A stretch of 64,000 nucleotides of DNA from an uncultured Candidatus Saccharibacteria bacterium (GTDB lineage Bacteria > Patescibacteriota > Minisyncoccia > UBA6257 > 2-01-FULL-56-20). Every line of letters begins with the position of its first letter. The first letter of the stretch is position 1. A model generated the notes under the pieces. The model was given only the letters and a program-made list of their open reading frames with translations. It ran no database searches and was not told the origin of the DNA. Made by a program: the position numbers and the translations under genes. Shown here piece by piece: positions 41,180-50,820 of the stretch. The stretch covers positions 1,310-65,309 of the forward strand of contig CAYXSS010000002.1 of NCBI GenBank assembly GCA_964467765.1, read 5' to 3'.

Positions 41180-41347
41180 TCGCCACATTATCGCGTGTTG
41201 CGAACCAAAACGAAGCGGCGGATGTTTCAGAAAATATCGGAAAAGAACTTAGCGTCATATTTGGGCGTGTTGAGCCACTGCCGCGGGCATAAAATCAGAA
41301 AAAAGATTATGATGAAAGTATTGCACAATGAAAACCTCGATCGGTAA
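41180..41347 (+). pseudogene. C-terminal remnant of DGR-type reverse transcriptase
   Basis: manual translation SPHYRVLRTKTKRRMFQKISEKNLASYLGVLSHCRGHKIRKKI...*, preceded in frame by a TGA; no YADD core. Confidence 0.75.
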
Positions 41348-42527
41348 AAACCTAAGAACCTGGATCGAGATCGATTCGCGGGCGGCGAAGAAGAATTATG
41401 ATGTTTTCAGAAAACTTTTGCAGCCCATTCGACAAGTTCAGGGCAAGCCCATTCGACCCGCTTCGCTCGCGAAGCGAGGCGAGCAAGTTCAGGGCAAAGC
41501 CGCTCCGCGCCTTTGGTCAGTTGTAAAATCCAACGCTTACGGCCACGGGTTAATTATTTTTTCGCGACTTGCGCAAAAACTGGGAATAGACGGTTTCTGC
41601 GTCGATTCTTTAGTGGAAGGGTTGCGTCTGCGGAAAGAAGGCATCAAAAAACCCATTCTGGTTTTGGGGCCGACGCTGCCGGCGCTTTTTCCGGAGGCGG
41701 CGAAACAAAAAATCACGATCACAATATCTAATTTCGAGGCCTTGAGAAACCTCGTGCAGTTGAAAACCGCTCCGGCATTTCATATTAAGGTAGACACTGG
41801 CATGCACCGGCAAGGGTTTTATCTTGGCGACCTGCCAAGAGTCATCAATACAATTGCCAAATATCAAATACCAATCACCGGAATTTATACACATTTTTCT
41901 TCTGCAAAGGACATTAATTATCCGACATATACAGAAAAACAATTTGCCGAATTTCAAAAAGCGGCAAAATTATTTGAACAAGCCGGTTTCAATAATTTGA
42001 TAAAACATTGCGCAGCAACTGGTGCGACGCTGATTGATCCTAAATATCACCTCGACGCTGTGCGTGTTGGCATCGGGCTTTACGGCCTCTGGCCGTCTAA
42101 AGAACTGGAAATTCAACTCGGCGTAAAAATTCATTTACAGCCGGTTTTGAGATGGCGCGCCGTAATAAGTGAAATGAAAAAATTGGATAAGGGTGATTAT
42201 GTCGGCTACGATTTGGCCGAGCGGATTCCGCAGACGATGCGGGCCGCGATCATGCCCGTTGGTTACTGGCACGGTTTGCCGAGGTCGCTTTCGCATATCG
42301 GCGAGGTTTTAATAAAAGGGAGAAGGGCGAAAATCATCGGCAAAGTTTCCATGGATCTTTCGGTTGTCGGTCCGGTTTTGGCAGCCGCTGCCGGCGACGT
42401 GGCGACGCTTATCGGCAGAGAGGGCAAAGAAGAGATTTCCGCTTTTGAGGTTGCCCAGCGCGCGGGGACAATACACTACGAATTTTTGACCCGACTTAAT
42501 CCTCTGATAGAAAGAATATTGTCTTAA
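41328..42527 (+). CDS. alr: alanine racemase
   Basis: VVKSNAYGHG, HIKVDTGMHRQG, VRVGIGLYG, VGY, GKVSMD, TIHYE. Confidence 0.95.
   Translation: MKTSIGKNLRTWIEIDSRAAKKNYDVFRKLLQPIRQVQGKPIRPASLAKRGEQVQGKAAPRLWSVVKSNAYGHGLIIFSRLAQKLGIDGFCVDSLVEGLRLRKEGIKKPILVLGPTLPALFPEAAKQKITITISNFEALRNLVQLKTAPAFHIKVDTGMHRQGFYLGDLPRVINTIAKYQIPITGIYTHFSSAKDINYPTYTEKQFAEFQKAAKLFEQAGFNNLIKHCAATGATLIDPKYHLDAVRVGIGLYGLWPSKELEIQLGVKIHLQPVLRWRAVISEMKKLDKGDYVGYDLAERIPQTMRAAIMPVGYWHGLPRSLSHIGEVLIKGRRAKIIGKVSMDLSVVGPVLAAAAGDVATLIGREGKEEISAFEVAQRAGTIHYEFLTRLNPLIERILS
41424..41498 (+). repeat. tandem, nested palindromic insertion in frame in alr
   Basis: CCCATTCGACAAGTTCAGGGCAAG twice, second copy split by CGCTTCGC-TC-GCGAAGCG. 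Confidence 0.8.
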
Positions 42528-42528
42528 A

Positions 42529-43362
42529 ATGTTCGGCCGGAAAAAAGACGTGGCCGGGGTTGCTTACCTTCCCGAAGGCCGATACGAGCGCAAGAGAAAG
42601 CGCTTTTACTCCGCTGTTTTAACTGCCGCCGTTGTTTTTTATCTGCTTGCCGACCTTGCCGCATGGTTTATCTTGCGCACGCCGACATTTCAGATAAAAG
42701 AAGTCAGGTTTGTTGGAGGAGAAGAGGCGACGAACGGCAGAGTGGCGAGCGTTATTCTTTCCCGTGCCATCCGTGGCAGTTTTTGGCGAGCGGTTTTAGG
42801 AGTAAACAACATGCTTGTTTGGCCGGGGACGCTTGATGGCGAAGGATTGGCTTTTTTACCGGACTTAAAGAGCGTTACAATCGAAAAAAATTATGAGAAA
42901 GGCGCAGTTACTGTTAAAATCGAAGAGCGGATGCCTTACGGCATATGGTGCGAGGCAGGCACTTCGCCGGAGGTCGGCGATTGCTGGTGGTTCGACGAAG
43001 AAGGGGTGATTTTCAAGCGGGCGATTTTTACCGAAGGCAGCGTTATCACAACGGTGCTGGATTATTCGCAAAGCGGTCTTGGATTGCGAAAAAAAGTTTT
43101 GCCGGAAAAATTTATTGCAAACGCGCTTTCCGTTTTCGATGTTTTGCGGGACAGCGGCTTGGCGGTAAAAGCCATGCGCTTGAACGATCTGAAACTGGAA
43201 GAGCTGGAGGTTTTAATTTTCGGCGGGCCGAAATTTTATTTCAGCCTAAGATTTCCGGCAAATAGTTTGAGAGAAGTTATTAGAAATTTTTCCGGCCAAG
43301 GCGGGTTTGCAAACTTGCAGTATTTGGATTTTCGCGTTGAAAACAGAGTGTATTATAAATAA
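42529..43362 (+). CDS. ftsQ: cell division protein FtsQ/DivIB-like
   Basis: TM, POTRA-like segment, IEER, DEEGVIF, YLDFRVENRVYYK. Confidence 0.75.
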   Translation: MFGRKKDVAGVAYLPEGRYERKRKRFYSAVLTAAVVFYLLADLAAWFILRTPTFQIKEVRFVGGEEATNGRVASVILSRAIRGSFWRAVLGVNNMLVWPGTLDGEGLAFLPDLKSVTIEKNYEKGAVTVKIEERMPYGIWCEAGTSPEVGDCWWFDEEGVIFKRAIFTEGSVITTVLDYSQSGLGLRKKVLPEKFIANALSVFDVLRDSGLAVKAMRLNDLKLEELEVLIFGGPKFYFSLRFPANSLREVIRNFSGQGGFANLQYLDFRVENRVYYK

Positions 43363-43375
43363 TCAAGCTAATTTA

Positions 43376-45292
43376 ATGGCGGAAGAACGGTTAACCGGCG
43401 GGAAAAGGAAGGGCCTGCCACGCGGCATCGGCTGGGCGGTATTTGCCGTCGCTGTTCTTTTTGTTGTCGGCTTGGTTATATCATTTCGTTTGACACAGGA
43501 GCGGATTTTAAGAAGCGCGACAAAAAATTTAGAACAATTCCAGGCCGGCGTGGACGCTCTCAAAAAATTTGACGCCAGATCGGCAGAAGAGAAATTCTCG
43601 GCTATCGGCGAAGCAAAAAATCCGGAGCAGACGATGGAAAATTTTTGGTCTCTTTTTGGCGGAGCAAAAGAAATTTTCTCCGGCTTCCGCAATATATCAA
43701 CGCAAGCAGTTGTTCTCTCGCAAGAACTTGATTTTTTCAAGCGCGACGCAGCCGGTCTTTTCCTAAATCGTGGCGGAAGCGTTTTACTTGAGCATTTGAA
43801 ATCCGCACGTTCGGCGCTGCAAATAATAAACGAAGAAAGCAGAAAATTTTCTTCTCTTTCCTCCGTAATTCCGCGCTCAGCGTCCGTGAAATCTTTTCCT
43901 GAATTTTATTTGCCGCTTGCTTTGGATGCAGAGAGGGTTAAGTCGCTGCTTGATACCGCCATATCGTGGCTCGGATCCGAAAGAAAAATTCTCGTCTTCT
44001 TGCAAAATCCGTCCGAAATTCGTCCGGCGGGAGGATTTCTCGGCAGTTACGCGATTTTATCCATCGCCAACGGAGAACTGGAACAAATAGAAGTCCGCGA
44101 CATCAACGAAGTTGACAGAACATTCGATAAAAAAATTATTCCGCCGAAAGCCCTGCAATCTGCGGTCAAGTCGTGGCGGCCAGCGGACGCCAACTGGTTT
44201 TTTGATTTTTCCTTGTCGGCCGAAAAAACAATGGAATTTTTCGAGGCATCCGGACTTTATAAAGGAGAAAAGTTCGATGGGGCCGCCGCAATTTCTCCAA
44301 AAATCGCGCAGGATATTTTGGCGATTGTCGGACCGATTGAAATTCCGAAAAAGAAGCTGGTCTTGAATAGGGATAATTTCCTCGTAGAAACGCAAAGAGT
44401 TGTCCAAGAAGGTCAGGCAGCCGGAGCAACTTATCCCAAAAAAGTCCTGGAGGAGCTGGCGCCGCTTCTTGTGGCAAAAACTGCTTCGCTGGGCGATAAA
44501 GACAAAGACAAAATTTGGGATTTGGTTGCGAACTGGGTTCAAAACAAGGACGTTGTTCTGTATTTTCGCGACGAGAAACTGGAAAATCTGGCCGATTATT
44601 ACGGGGCAGCTGGCAAATTATACGAATTGCCGACGGGATTTAACGGCGATTACCTGGCGATTGTTGACGCCAGTGTTGGCGGCGGAAAATCGGATTTATT
44701 CGTTAAGCAAGCTGTTTCTTTAGAAAGCCAAATTAATAGCGACGGCACGGCAAGCAACCATCTTGTTATCGAGCGGGTGCACCAGGGAAGCAAGAGCAAA
44801 TATTGGTGGTATAAAACCCCGAATCAGGACTATCTCCAAATTTACGTTCCGCGCGGAGCCGTGCTGACAAATTTCAGCGGCGGTTTCGAGAAAAAAATTG
44901 CGGCTCCGATCGATTTTGCCCGCACCGGCTATCAAACCGATTCTCTTCTTGCCTCGGCCGAATCCTCAACGGAAAAAGTTTTTAGTTACCCGGCCGTAGA
45001 AACACGCCTCGAAGGCGGCAAAAGGATTTTTTCAACCTGGTCGCAGGTTAAATCCGGAGAAAAAACCAAAATTTCTTTCGATTACGCCAATCGCTCGGCT
45101 TTTATTCCGGAAGACGGCGCGAAATACGAATTTGTTTTCGAAAAACAGGCCGGCACGAACCGAGGCTATAAATTCCAAATCAGCGCTCCGGTCGGTTTCG
45201 TATTTAAAGAAAACGGCTTGCCGGTTTGGACGTACGAAACCGACGACATTCCGGGGCGGCTGGTAGTGGACTTGACATTGGAGAGGATATAG
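43376..45292 (+). CDS. DUF4012 domain membrane-anchored protein
   Basis: LVFLQNPSEIRPAGGFLGSYA, DANWFFDF, GGKSD, KQAG. Confidence 0.82.
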   Translation: MAEERLTGGKRKGLPRGIGWAVFAVAVLFVVGLVISFRLTQERILRSATKNLEQFQAGVDALKKFDARSAEEKFSAIGEAKNPEQTMENFWSLFGGAKEIFSGFRNISTQAVVLSQELDFFKRDAAGLFLNRGGSVLLEHLKSARSALQIINEESRKFSSLSSVIPRSASVKSFPEFYLPLALDAERVKSLLDTAISWLGSERKILVFLQNPSEIRPAGGFLGSYAILSIANGELEQIEVRDINEVDRTFDKKIIPPKALQSAVKSWRPADANWFFDFSLSAEKTMEFFEASGLYKGEKFDGAAAISPKIAQDILAIVGPIEIPKKKLVLNRDNFLVETQRVVQEGQAAGATYPKKVLEELAPLLVAKTASLGDKDKDKIWDLVANWVQNKDVVLYFRDEKLENLADYYGAAGKLYELPTGFNGDYLAIVDASVGGGKSDLFVKQAVSLESQINSDGTASNHLVIERVHQGSKSKYWWYKTPNQDYLQIYVPRGAVLTNFSGGFEKKIAAPIDFARTGYQTDSLLASAESSTEKVFSYPAVETRLEGGKRIFSTWSQVKSGEKTKISFDYANRSAFIPEDGAKYEFVFEKQAGTNRGYKFQISAPVGFVFKENGLPVWTYETDDIPGRLVVDLTLERI

Positions 45293-45318
45293 AATATAAT
45301 ATAGCCAGTACCGTAACG

Positions 45319-45732
45319 ATGCGTCGTTACGGACTAAAGGCAAAAAGGAGGATGGCAATGAACGAGAAGGGAAAGACGTTTCTGTTCGGATTGCTTCTGG
45401 CAGTCGTTGGTTTGGGAGGATTCGTACTCACCTCGCCCGGACCGCAGTACCTCAAAGGAGATTTTCTCTTATACCTCGTCTATACGGCGCCGGGATCAAG
45501 TGTGTCTGCTTATGGCATGCTTTCCATACTGGCGCATTCCAAGTTGCTGGGGCTGCCATCAAGTTTCTATCATGAGTCTGTACGGATAATGGCTCTGAGG
45601 TCTGTGTGTTTGTGGGTCGGCCTTTACAGCATTATGATCCTCGGTTTCGCAGCTCTTGCACCGAAAAGTTTTTTCAAGGATACCGATCTTGTTTCCGGGC
45701 CGATCGAAGGCGATTCTACAGATATCCCGTAG
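45319..45732 (+). CDS. small membrane protein
   Basis: about 3 hydrophobic segments, AGGAGG SD before internal ATG 45352/45358. Confidence 0.55.
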   Translation: MRRYGLKAKRRMAMNEKGKTFLFGLLLAVVGLGGFVLTSPGPQYLKGDFLLYLVYTAPGSSVSAYGMLSILAHSKLLGLPSSFYHESVRIMALRSVCLWVGLYSIMILGFAALAPKSFFKDTDLVSGPIEGDSTDIP

Positions 45733-45874
45733 TTTCTCTGCCCCAGCGTAAACGCGCCGGGGTTTTTATTTTTTGTTGACACTAAAAAATTTCAGATATA
45801 TACTGCTTTTAGCGTCGGCGTTCTGTTTCGGCGCCGGAAAAAATCTCCGCAGGAGCGGAGAAATAGGAGTGGAA

Positions 45875-46285
45875 ATGAAAAAAGCATTTCTGTCGGCTGT
45901 TTTTGTTTTAGCGTTACCGATCTTTGTTTTTGCCCAAAAAGCCATCCCTACCGATCCGCGAGGCGTAATAGTTTTCGGCGAGGAAAACAACGGGGAAACC
46001 TTTCGTATCGGCAAGAGCGATGTTTTGATGATCAGTCTTTTAGCAGAGCTTGGCACCGGATACGATTGGCGCATTGTCGGATACGATAAAAAAATCCTTA
46101 AATATTACGGGAAGAACACAATCGACCTGTCCGATTCCGGATATCCTGTCAGAAAAACGGAAGAGACTTACAAATTCAAAGCCAGAAGGAAAGGCGTTTC
46201 CTGCGTCAAATTGGAATACGGTCGACGACGGGATAAACAATATAGAAACAGGAAAAGAGTGGTTATCATAGTGGAAGTTGAATAA
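45875..46285 (+). CDS. secreted chagasin/I42-family protease inhibitor-like protein
   Basis: signal peptide, GTGYDW, YKFKA..KG...KLEYGR. Confidence 0.65.
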   Translation: MKKAFLSAVFVLALPIFVFAQKAIPTDPRGVIVFGEENNGETFRIGKSDVLMISLLAELGTGYDWRIVGYDKKILKYYGKNTIDLSDSGYPVRKTEETYKFKARRKGVSCVKLEYGRRRDKQYRNRKRVVIIVEVE

Positions 46286-46347
46286 TTTCCGCATCAATCC
46301 TCTGCCGAAAAGCAGAGGTTTTCTTTTTTGCTTAACAAACTAAGATT

Positions 46348-48129
46348 ATGTTCATGGACAACATCAGAAACTTCGTCATCATTGCCCATATTGACTCCGG
46401 CAAATCGACGCTCGCCGACAGGATGCTCGAAATCACCGGCACGGTCGAGGCGCGCAACATGCGGCCGCAGTATTTGGACAAAATGGAGCTTGAACGAGAG
46501 AGAGGCATCACTATTAAAATGGCCCCCGTGCGGATGAACTATGGTCAATATGTGCTCAACCTGATTGACACCCCCGGACACTCCGATTTTTCTTACGAAG
46601 TTTCCCGCGCGCTTGCGGCCGTTGAGGGAGCGATACTTTTGGTTGACGGCACAAAAGGAATTCAGGCGCAGACTTTGTCTAATTTGCGGGCGGCTCGCAA
46701 GGCAGGCCTTACGATCATCGGCGCCGTAAATAAAATCGATCTCAACTTGCCGCAGCTGCCGCGAGTCATAAAATCCGTTTCCAACCTGCTTGGCGTCCGC
46801 GAGGAAGAAATTTTTAAGATTTCGGCAAAAACAGGCGATGGCGTGGGCGACTTGATCGAAGAGGTGGTAAAAAAAATCCCCCCGCCAAAAATTTTGCTCG
46901 GGGATGTCGGCCGGGCCCTTATTTTCGATTCTTTATACGACGATCACAAAGGAATTATCGCCTTCGTTCGCGTATTTGGCGGTGAATTTAGTGGCGGCAA
47001 TGAGGCAGAATTTATTGCCGCTAAGACAAAATTCAAAATCAAAGAGCTGGGATTTTTTTCGCCGGAATTCAAATCAAGCAAAGAAATTAAATCCGGAGAA
47101 ATCGGTTATATGGCAACAGGCCTGAAAGAACCGAATCTTGTGCGGGTGGGAGATACGGTTTTAAAAATTGAAAATTCAAAATTCAAAATTGACGACCTGA
47201 TTTTGTCGGGCTACAGAGAGCCCGCGCCGGTTGTTTTCATTTCTTTTTATCCCGACGGAGCAACGAAATTCGAGGAATTACAAAGGGGTTTGGAAAGACT
47301 ACGACTCACCGATGCCGCGCTCCATTTCGAGCCGGACGCGAACGAGGCGCTGGGCAGGGGATTTAAAGTCGGTTTTTTGGGCCAGCTTCATTTTGAAATT
47401 ATCGCAAGCCGCCTCAAGCGCGAATTCGGCCTTAATTTTTTGACCAGTTTTCCCTCTATCGCCTACAGGATTATAGAAAACGGGAAAGAAAAAATTATAA
47501 AGCAGCCGCAAGACTTTCCGGATAAGCCGGACAAGGTTTGGCAGCCGATGATCAAGCTTGAAATGCTCACGCCGCAGCCGCATTTGAGTTCTGTGGCCAA
47601 CCTGAAAAATATTTTTGATTTGGAAGTAAAGACGGTTGAGAATATGGGCGATAGCCTGCTGATTACTGCCCGCATGCCGCTTGCCGAGCTTATTCGCGAC
47701 TTCGACGACAAACTAAAGTCCGCCTCATCCGGCTACGCCTCGTTCAGTTACGAGCTTGACGGCGAAAGCGAAGCCGATGTCGAGAAATTGGAAATTTTAA
47801 TCGTTGGCGATATTGTTCCGGCGCTGACGCGCATTGTTGCCAAAAAAGATTTGGAACGCGAGGCCCGCGGTACGGTGGAGCGCCTCAAGGAGCTCTTGCC
47901 CAAGCAGCAATTTGTTCAGCCGATTCAGGCAAGAGCGCAGGGCAGGATTATAGCCCGGGAAACGATTCCGGCGATGAAAAAACTTCTCGGTAATTTCGGC
48001 AAAACCGGAGGAGACAGAACGCGCAAAATGAAATTATGGAAAAAACAGCAGCGCGGCAAGGAAAAACTTCAGAGTATGGCCCGCGTGGAATTGACGCCGG
48101 AAGTATTCAGGGAAATTTTGAAAAAGTGA
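46348..48129 (+). CDS. lepA: elongation factor 4
   Basis: IRNFVIIAHIDSGKSTLADR, ERERGITIK, GFLGQLH, GGDRTRKMKL. Confidence 0.95.
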   Translation: MFMDNIRNFVIIAHIDSGKSTLADRMLEITGTVEARNMRPQYLDKMELERERGITIKMAPVRMNYGQYVLNLIDTPGHSDFSYEVSRALAAVEGAILLVDGTKGIQAQTLSNLRAARKAGLTIIGAVNKIDLNLPQLPRVIKSVSNLLGVREEEIFKISAKTGDGVGDLIEEVVKKIPPPKILLGDVGRALIFDSLYDDHKGIIAFVRVFGGEFSGGNEAEFIAAKTKFKIKELGFFSPEFKSSKEIKSGEIGYMATGLKEPNLVRVGDTVLKIENSKFKIDDLILSGYREPAPVVFISFYPDGATKFEELQRGLERLRLTDAALHFEPDANEALGRGFKVGFLGQLHFEIIASRLKREFGLNFLTSFPSIAYRIIENGKEKIIKQPQDFPDKPDKVWQPMIKLEMLTPQPHLSSVANLKNIFDLEVKTVENMGDSLLITARMPLAELIRDFDDKLKSASSGYASFSYELDGESEADVEKLEILIVGDIVPALTRIVAKKDLEREARGTVERLKELLPKQQFVQPIQARAQGRIIARETIPAMKKLLGNFGKTGGDRTRKMKLWKKQQRGKEKLQSMARVELTPEVFREILKK

Positions 48130-48216
48130 AGCTTTCGCAGCCCGAAGTCGCGGCCGCTTTTTTACGGACTTGTTACGGACTTGTTTACGATTGTTTTCTT
48201 CGTTATCTTGAAGATA

Positions 48217-48498
48217 ATGAAGATTGCCGCAGTTGTAATTTTATCCGCCGTTCTTTTGCTGGTGGGCGTACAGATTTATTCGTTTTTGAAACGCCGCGCC
48301 GAGCTTTCCTTGGAATTTTCCGATATCAGCGCAAAACTGAATCGGGCGAAGCTGGAACAAGAAAAATTCCGCGCCGAGCTGGATTATTATTTGAACCCTG
48401 CGAACTTGGAAAAAGAACTCCGTGCCCGTTTTAATTACAAAGCTCCCGGAGAAAAGTTGTTGATTATCGTGCCCAAGGGCAACAGCACCAGTGAATAG
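48217..48498 (+). CDS. septum formation initiator (FtsB/DivIC-like)
   Basis: TM plus coiled coil, LEKELR..FNYKAPGE. Confidence 0.7.
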   Translation: MKIAAVVILSAVLLLVGVQIYSFLKRRAELSLEFSDISAKLNRAKLEQEKFRAELDYYLNPANLEKELRARFNYKAPGEKLLIIVPKGNSTSE

Positions 48499-48567
48499 GT
48501 CAGGGTTTTTATTGAAAATAAAACCGCTCGCTTCGCCGAATCGAAGCTGGAAGTCGAAAATTTTTTT

Positions 48568-49143
48568 ATGTCTCGTTATCGCATCTACATTATTTTCTTG
48601 ATTATAGTTTCCGTCGGCCTTAGCGGACTGTTTTTGGTTTCCCGCGGTTATTATCCGATCGCCCTTGTCGACGGAGAATTTGTCAGTGCTCGCAGGTTTG
48701 TTGACGATTATAACGCCGCGCTGCTTTATTACAACAACTTCCTTAAAACCTATAAGCCGAACGCCGAAGAAAGCGAAAAAATTTCTCCGTCTGATTTACA
48801 ACTTGCCGTAATCGGCAACATAATCGAACGGGTTTTAATTTCTCATGCCGCGCGCAAAGAGGCGGGAAGCGACTTGGATGTTTTGATTGCCGGCAAAATA
48901 GATAAATATCTTGGCGATCCTCAGTTGGCGCAGGCAGCCTCCGCGCTTTACGGGTGGAACATGGAAGATTTCAAAAAAAACGTTTTGGTTCCTCAAGCGG
49001 AACGCGAAATTTTGCTGGGACGTTTTTTCCTGCGCGCGCAAAATTTCGAAACTTGGTTTTCGGAAACGAAACGCTCGGTGACCGTATACATTTTTTCGCC
49101 GAGATTTGAATGGAACGGGGAAGCAGTAGTCAGAAAAACCTAA
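48568..49143 (+). CDS. SurA N-terminal domain protein
   Basis: TM, PIALVDGEFV, IIERVLI..AA, YGW..EDFK. Confidence 0.65.
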   Translation: MSRYRIYIIFLIIVSVGLSGLFLVSRGYYPIALVDGEFVSARRFVDDYNAALLYYNNFLKTYKPNAEESEKISPSDLQLAVIGNIIERVLISHAARKEAGSDLDVLIAGKIDKYLGDPQLAQAASALYGWNMEDFKKNVLVPQAEREILLGRFFLRAQNFETWFSETKRSVTVYIFSPRFEWNGEAVVRKT

Positions 49144-49186
49144 GCATTCCGGTTCCGTTTAAGGGGTGTTATAATTTATTGGGTTT

Positions 49187-50713
49187 ATGATTAACGCTTC
49201 TTTGGGCGCAAAAAAAGATAATGTAATGTCTGGTGAGACAGCAGCGGAGCTTAGTCGTGAAGAACGCCTGGCAATCGAGAAATTTTTTTTGGAAAAAGGG
49301 CTGCCGCTTGATACGGCGGTTACGTTCAGCGACGTCACGCTTCCGGAGGGTTATTCCGACATCCGTTCGCGTTCCGAAATATCGGACTTTTCCGGTCTGA
49401 TTGCTCCGGGTCTGAAGCTGTCCATTCCCATCGTTTCCGCCAACATGGAATCCGTTACCGGTCTTGAGCTTGCCGTGGCGTTGGAACGGGAAGGCGGACT
49501 GGCTTTTTTCCCGCAGACATTGCCCATAGCCGAGCGCCTGGAGCTTGTCGAGCGCATCGGCCGCGTTGACTCGGCATTTATCGAACATCCGCTTACAATA
49601 AGGCCAGAGAAAAATTTGGGCGAAGCAAGAAATCTCATGTCGCGTTTCGGCGTCAAAAGTTTGATTGTTACGGACGAAAGCAAAAAAGTCGTCGGTATTC
49701 TCTCCAAGCGGGATTGGTTTTACGAAAACGACGACAAAAAAACAGTCGGCGACTTGATGACTAAGCGCGTTATCACCGCTCCGAGAAACATTCATTTTGA
49801 CAAAGCGGCAGAAATTTTACGCAAACACAAAATCGAAAAATTGCCTCTCGTCGGCCGCCAAGGCGGATTGGCCGGCCTTATTACGGCGAACGGCCTTTTT
49901 TATAAATATCGCCATCCGCGAGCGATGCGCGACGAAAAGGGCAGATTCTTGCGTGCCGGTTCGATTGGCGTTGGCCAGACTTTCGATGAAAAACATTTAA
50001 AAGAAGTCGAATCGCAGGCCGGTGCCGGCATCTCCGTTCTTTTGATAGACACGGCTCGCGCTTTTTCCGTTAACACCGAAGAAGCTTTGCAAGAAATCAA
50101 AAAGAGATTTCCTCGCCTGCCTCTTGTTGTCGGCAATGTTTCGAGCGCCGAAGGGGCAAAGCGGCTTTTCGAACTCGGAGCGGATGTTGTCAAGGTCGGC
50201 CAGGGTCCGGGGTTTGCCTGCCGCACGCGGGCAGTGGGCGTGGGCACGCCTCAACTTACGGCTGTTGCCGAATGCGCCGTAATTGCCAATCGTTTCGGTA
50301 AAACGATTATTGCCGATGGCGGCATAAAAAGTCCTGGCGATTTGGCGAAGGCGCTCGTTGCCGGAGCGCGGGCGGTGATGCTCGGCAATATGCTTGTGCG
50401 CGCTAGGGAATCGGCGGCGCCGATTTTCATTGACGAAGAAAACAGGCCTGTTAAAAACTATGCCGGTTCGGCTTCTTTTGCCGCTCAGTGGGAAAGATTG
50501 CGGCGCGGCGATCTTGCGCGCATCAGGCGCCCGGAGGGCGTAACGCAAGTGGTTCCCGTAACCGGTACGGTAAAGGAAATCGTCGATGATCTTATCCACG
50601 GTTTAAGTTCGACCATGGCCTATTTGGGCGCAAGGAATATGGAGGAGCTTCGCGCAAAAGGAAAATTCGTTTTCCAGACCCATGCCGGCCACGTTGAAGG
50701 GGTTAAAAAATAG
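49187..50713 (+). CDS. guaB: IMPDH/GMP reductase family protein with CBS pair
   Basis: TFSDV, SANMESVT, two CBS domains, GPGFACRTR, IADGGI, PEGV; start may be 49226. Confidence 0.85.
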   Translation: MINASLGAKKDNVMSGETAAELSREERLAIEKFFLEKGLPLDTAVTFSDVTLPEGYSDIRSRSEISDFSGLIAPGLKLSIPIVSANMESVTGLELAVALEREGGLAFFPQTLPIAERLELVERIGRVDSAFIEHPLTIRPEKNLGEARNLMSRFGVKSLIVTDESKKVVGILSKRDWFYENDDKKTVGDLMTKRVITAPRNIHFDKAAEILRKHKIEKLPLVGRQGGLAGLITANGLFYKYRHPRAMRDEKGRFLRAGSIGVGQTFDEKHLKEVESQAGAGISVLLIDTARAFSVNTEEALQEIKKRFPRLPLVVGNVSSAEGAKRLFELGADVVKVGQGPGFACRTRAVGVGTPQLTAVAECAVIANRFGKTIIADGGIKSPGDLAKALVAGARAVMLGNMLVRARESAAPIFIDEENRPVKNYAGSASFAAQWERLRRGDLARIRRPEGVTQVVPVTGTVKEIVDDLIHGLSSTMAYLGARNMEELRAKGKFVFQTHAGHVEGVKK

Positions 50714-50820
50714 GCCGATTTTTCTCGTGCGGATGGCATAGCCCCGCTACTTGCGGAAAGCGGGTATTTTTTGTTACGATGTAGGTAGAATTTTACAATC
50801 TTGTTTTGCTGGAGGAGAAA

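Noticed and set aside
40161-41281. 12-bp direct repeat TTGAGCCACTGC (40161, 41270) as target-site duplication
   Set aside because: The second copy lies inside the RT relic's coding motif, so it does not bound the cassette; it may be chance.
36400-41350. One 527-bp copy acting as the DGR template repeat
   Set aside because: The copies are identical and both are coding; a TR should differ at adenines and be AAC-rich. No such sequence was seen in the window.
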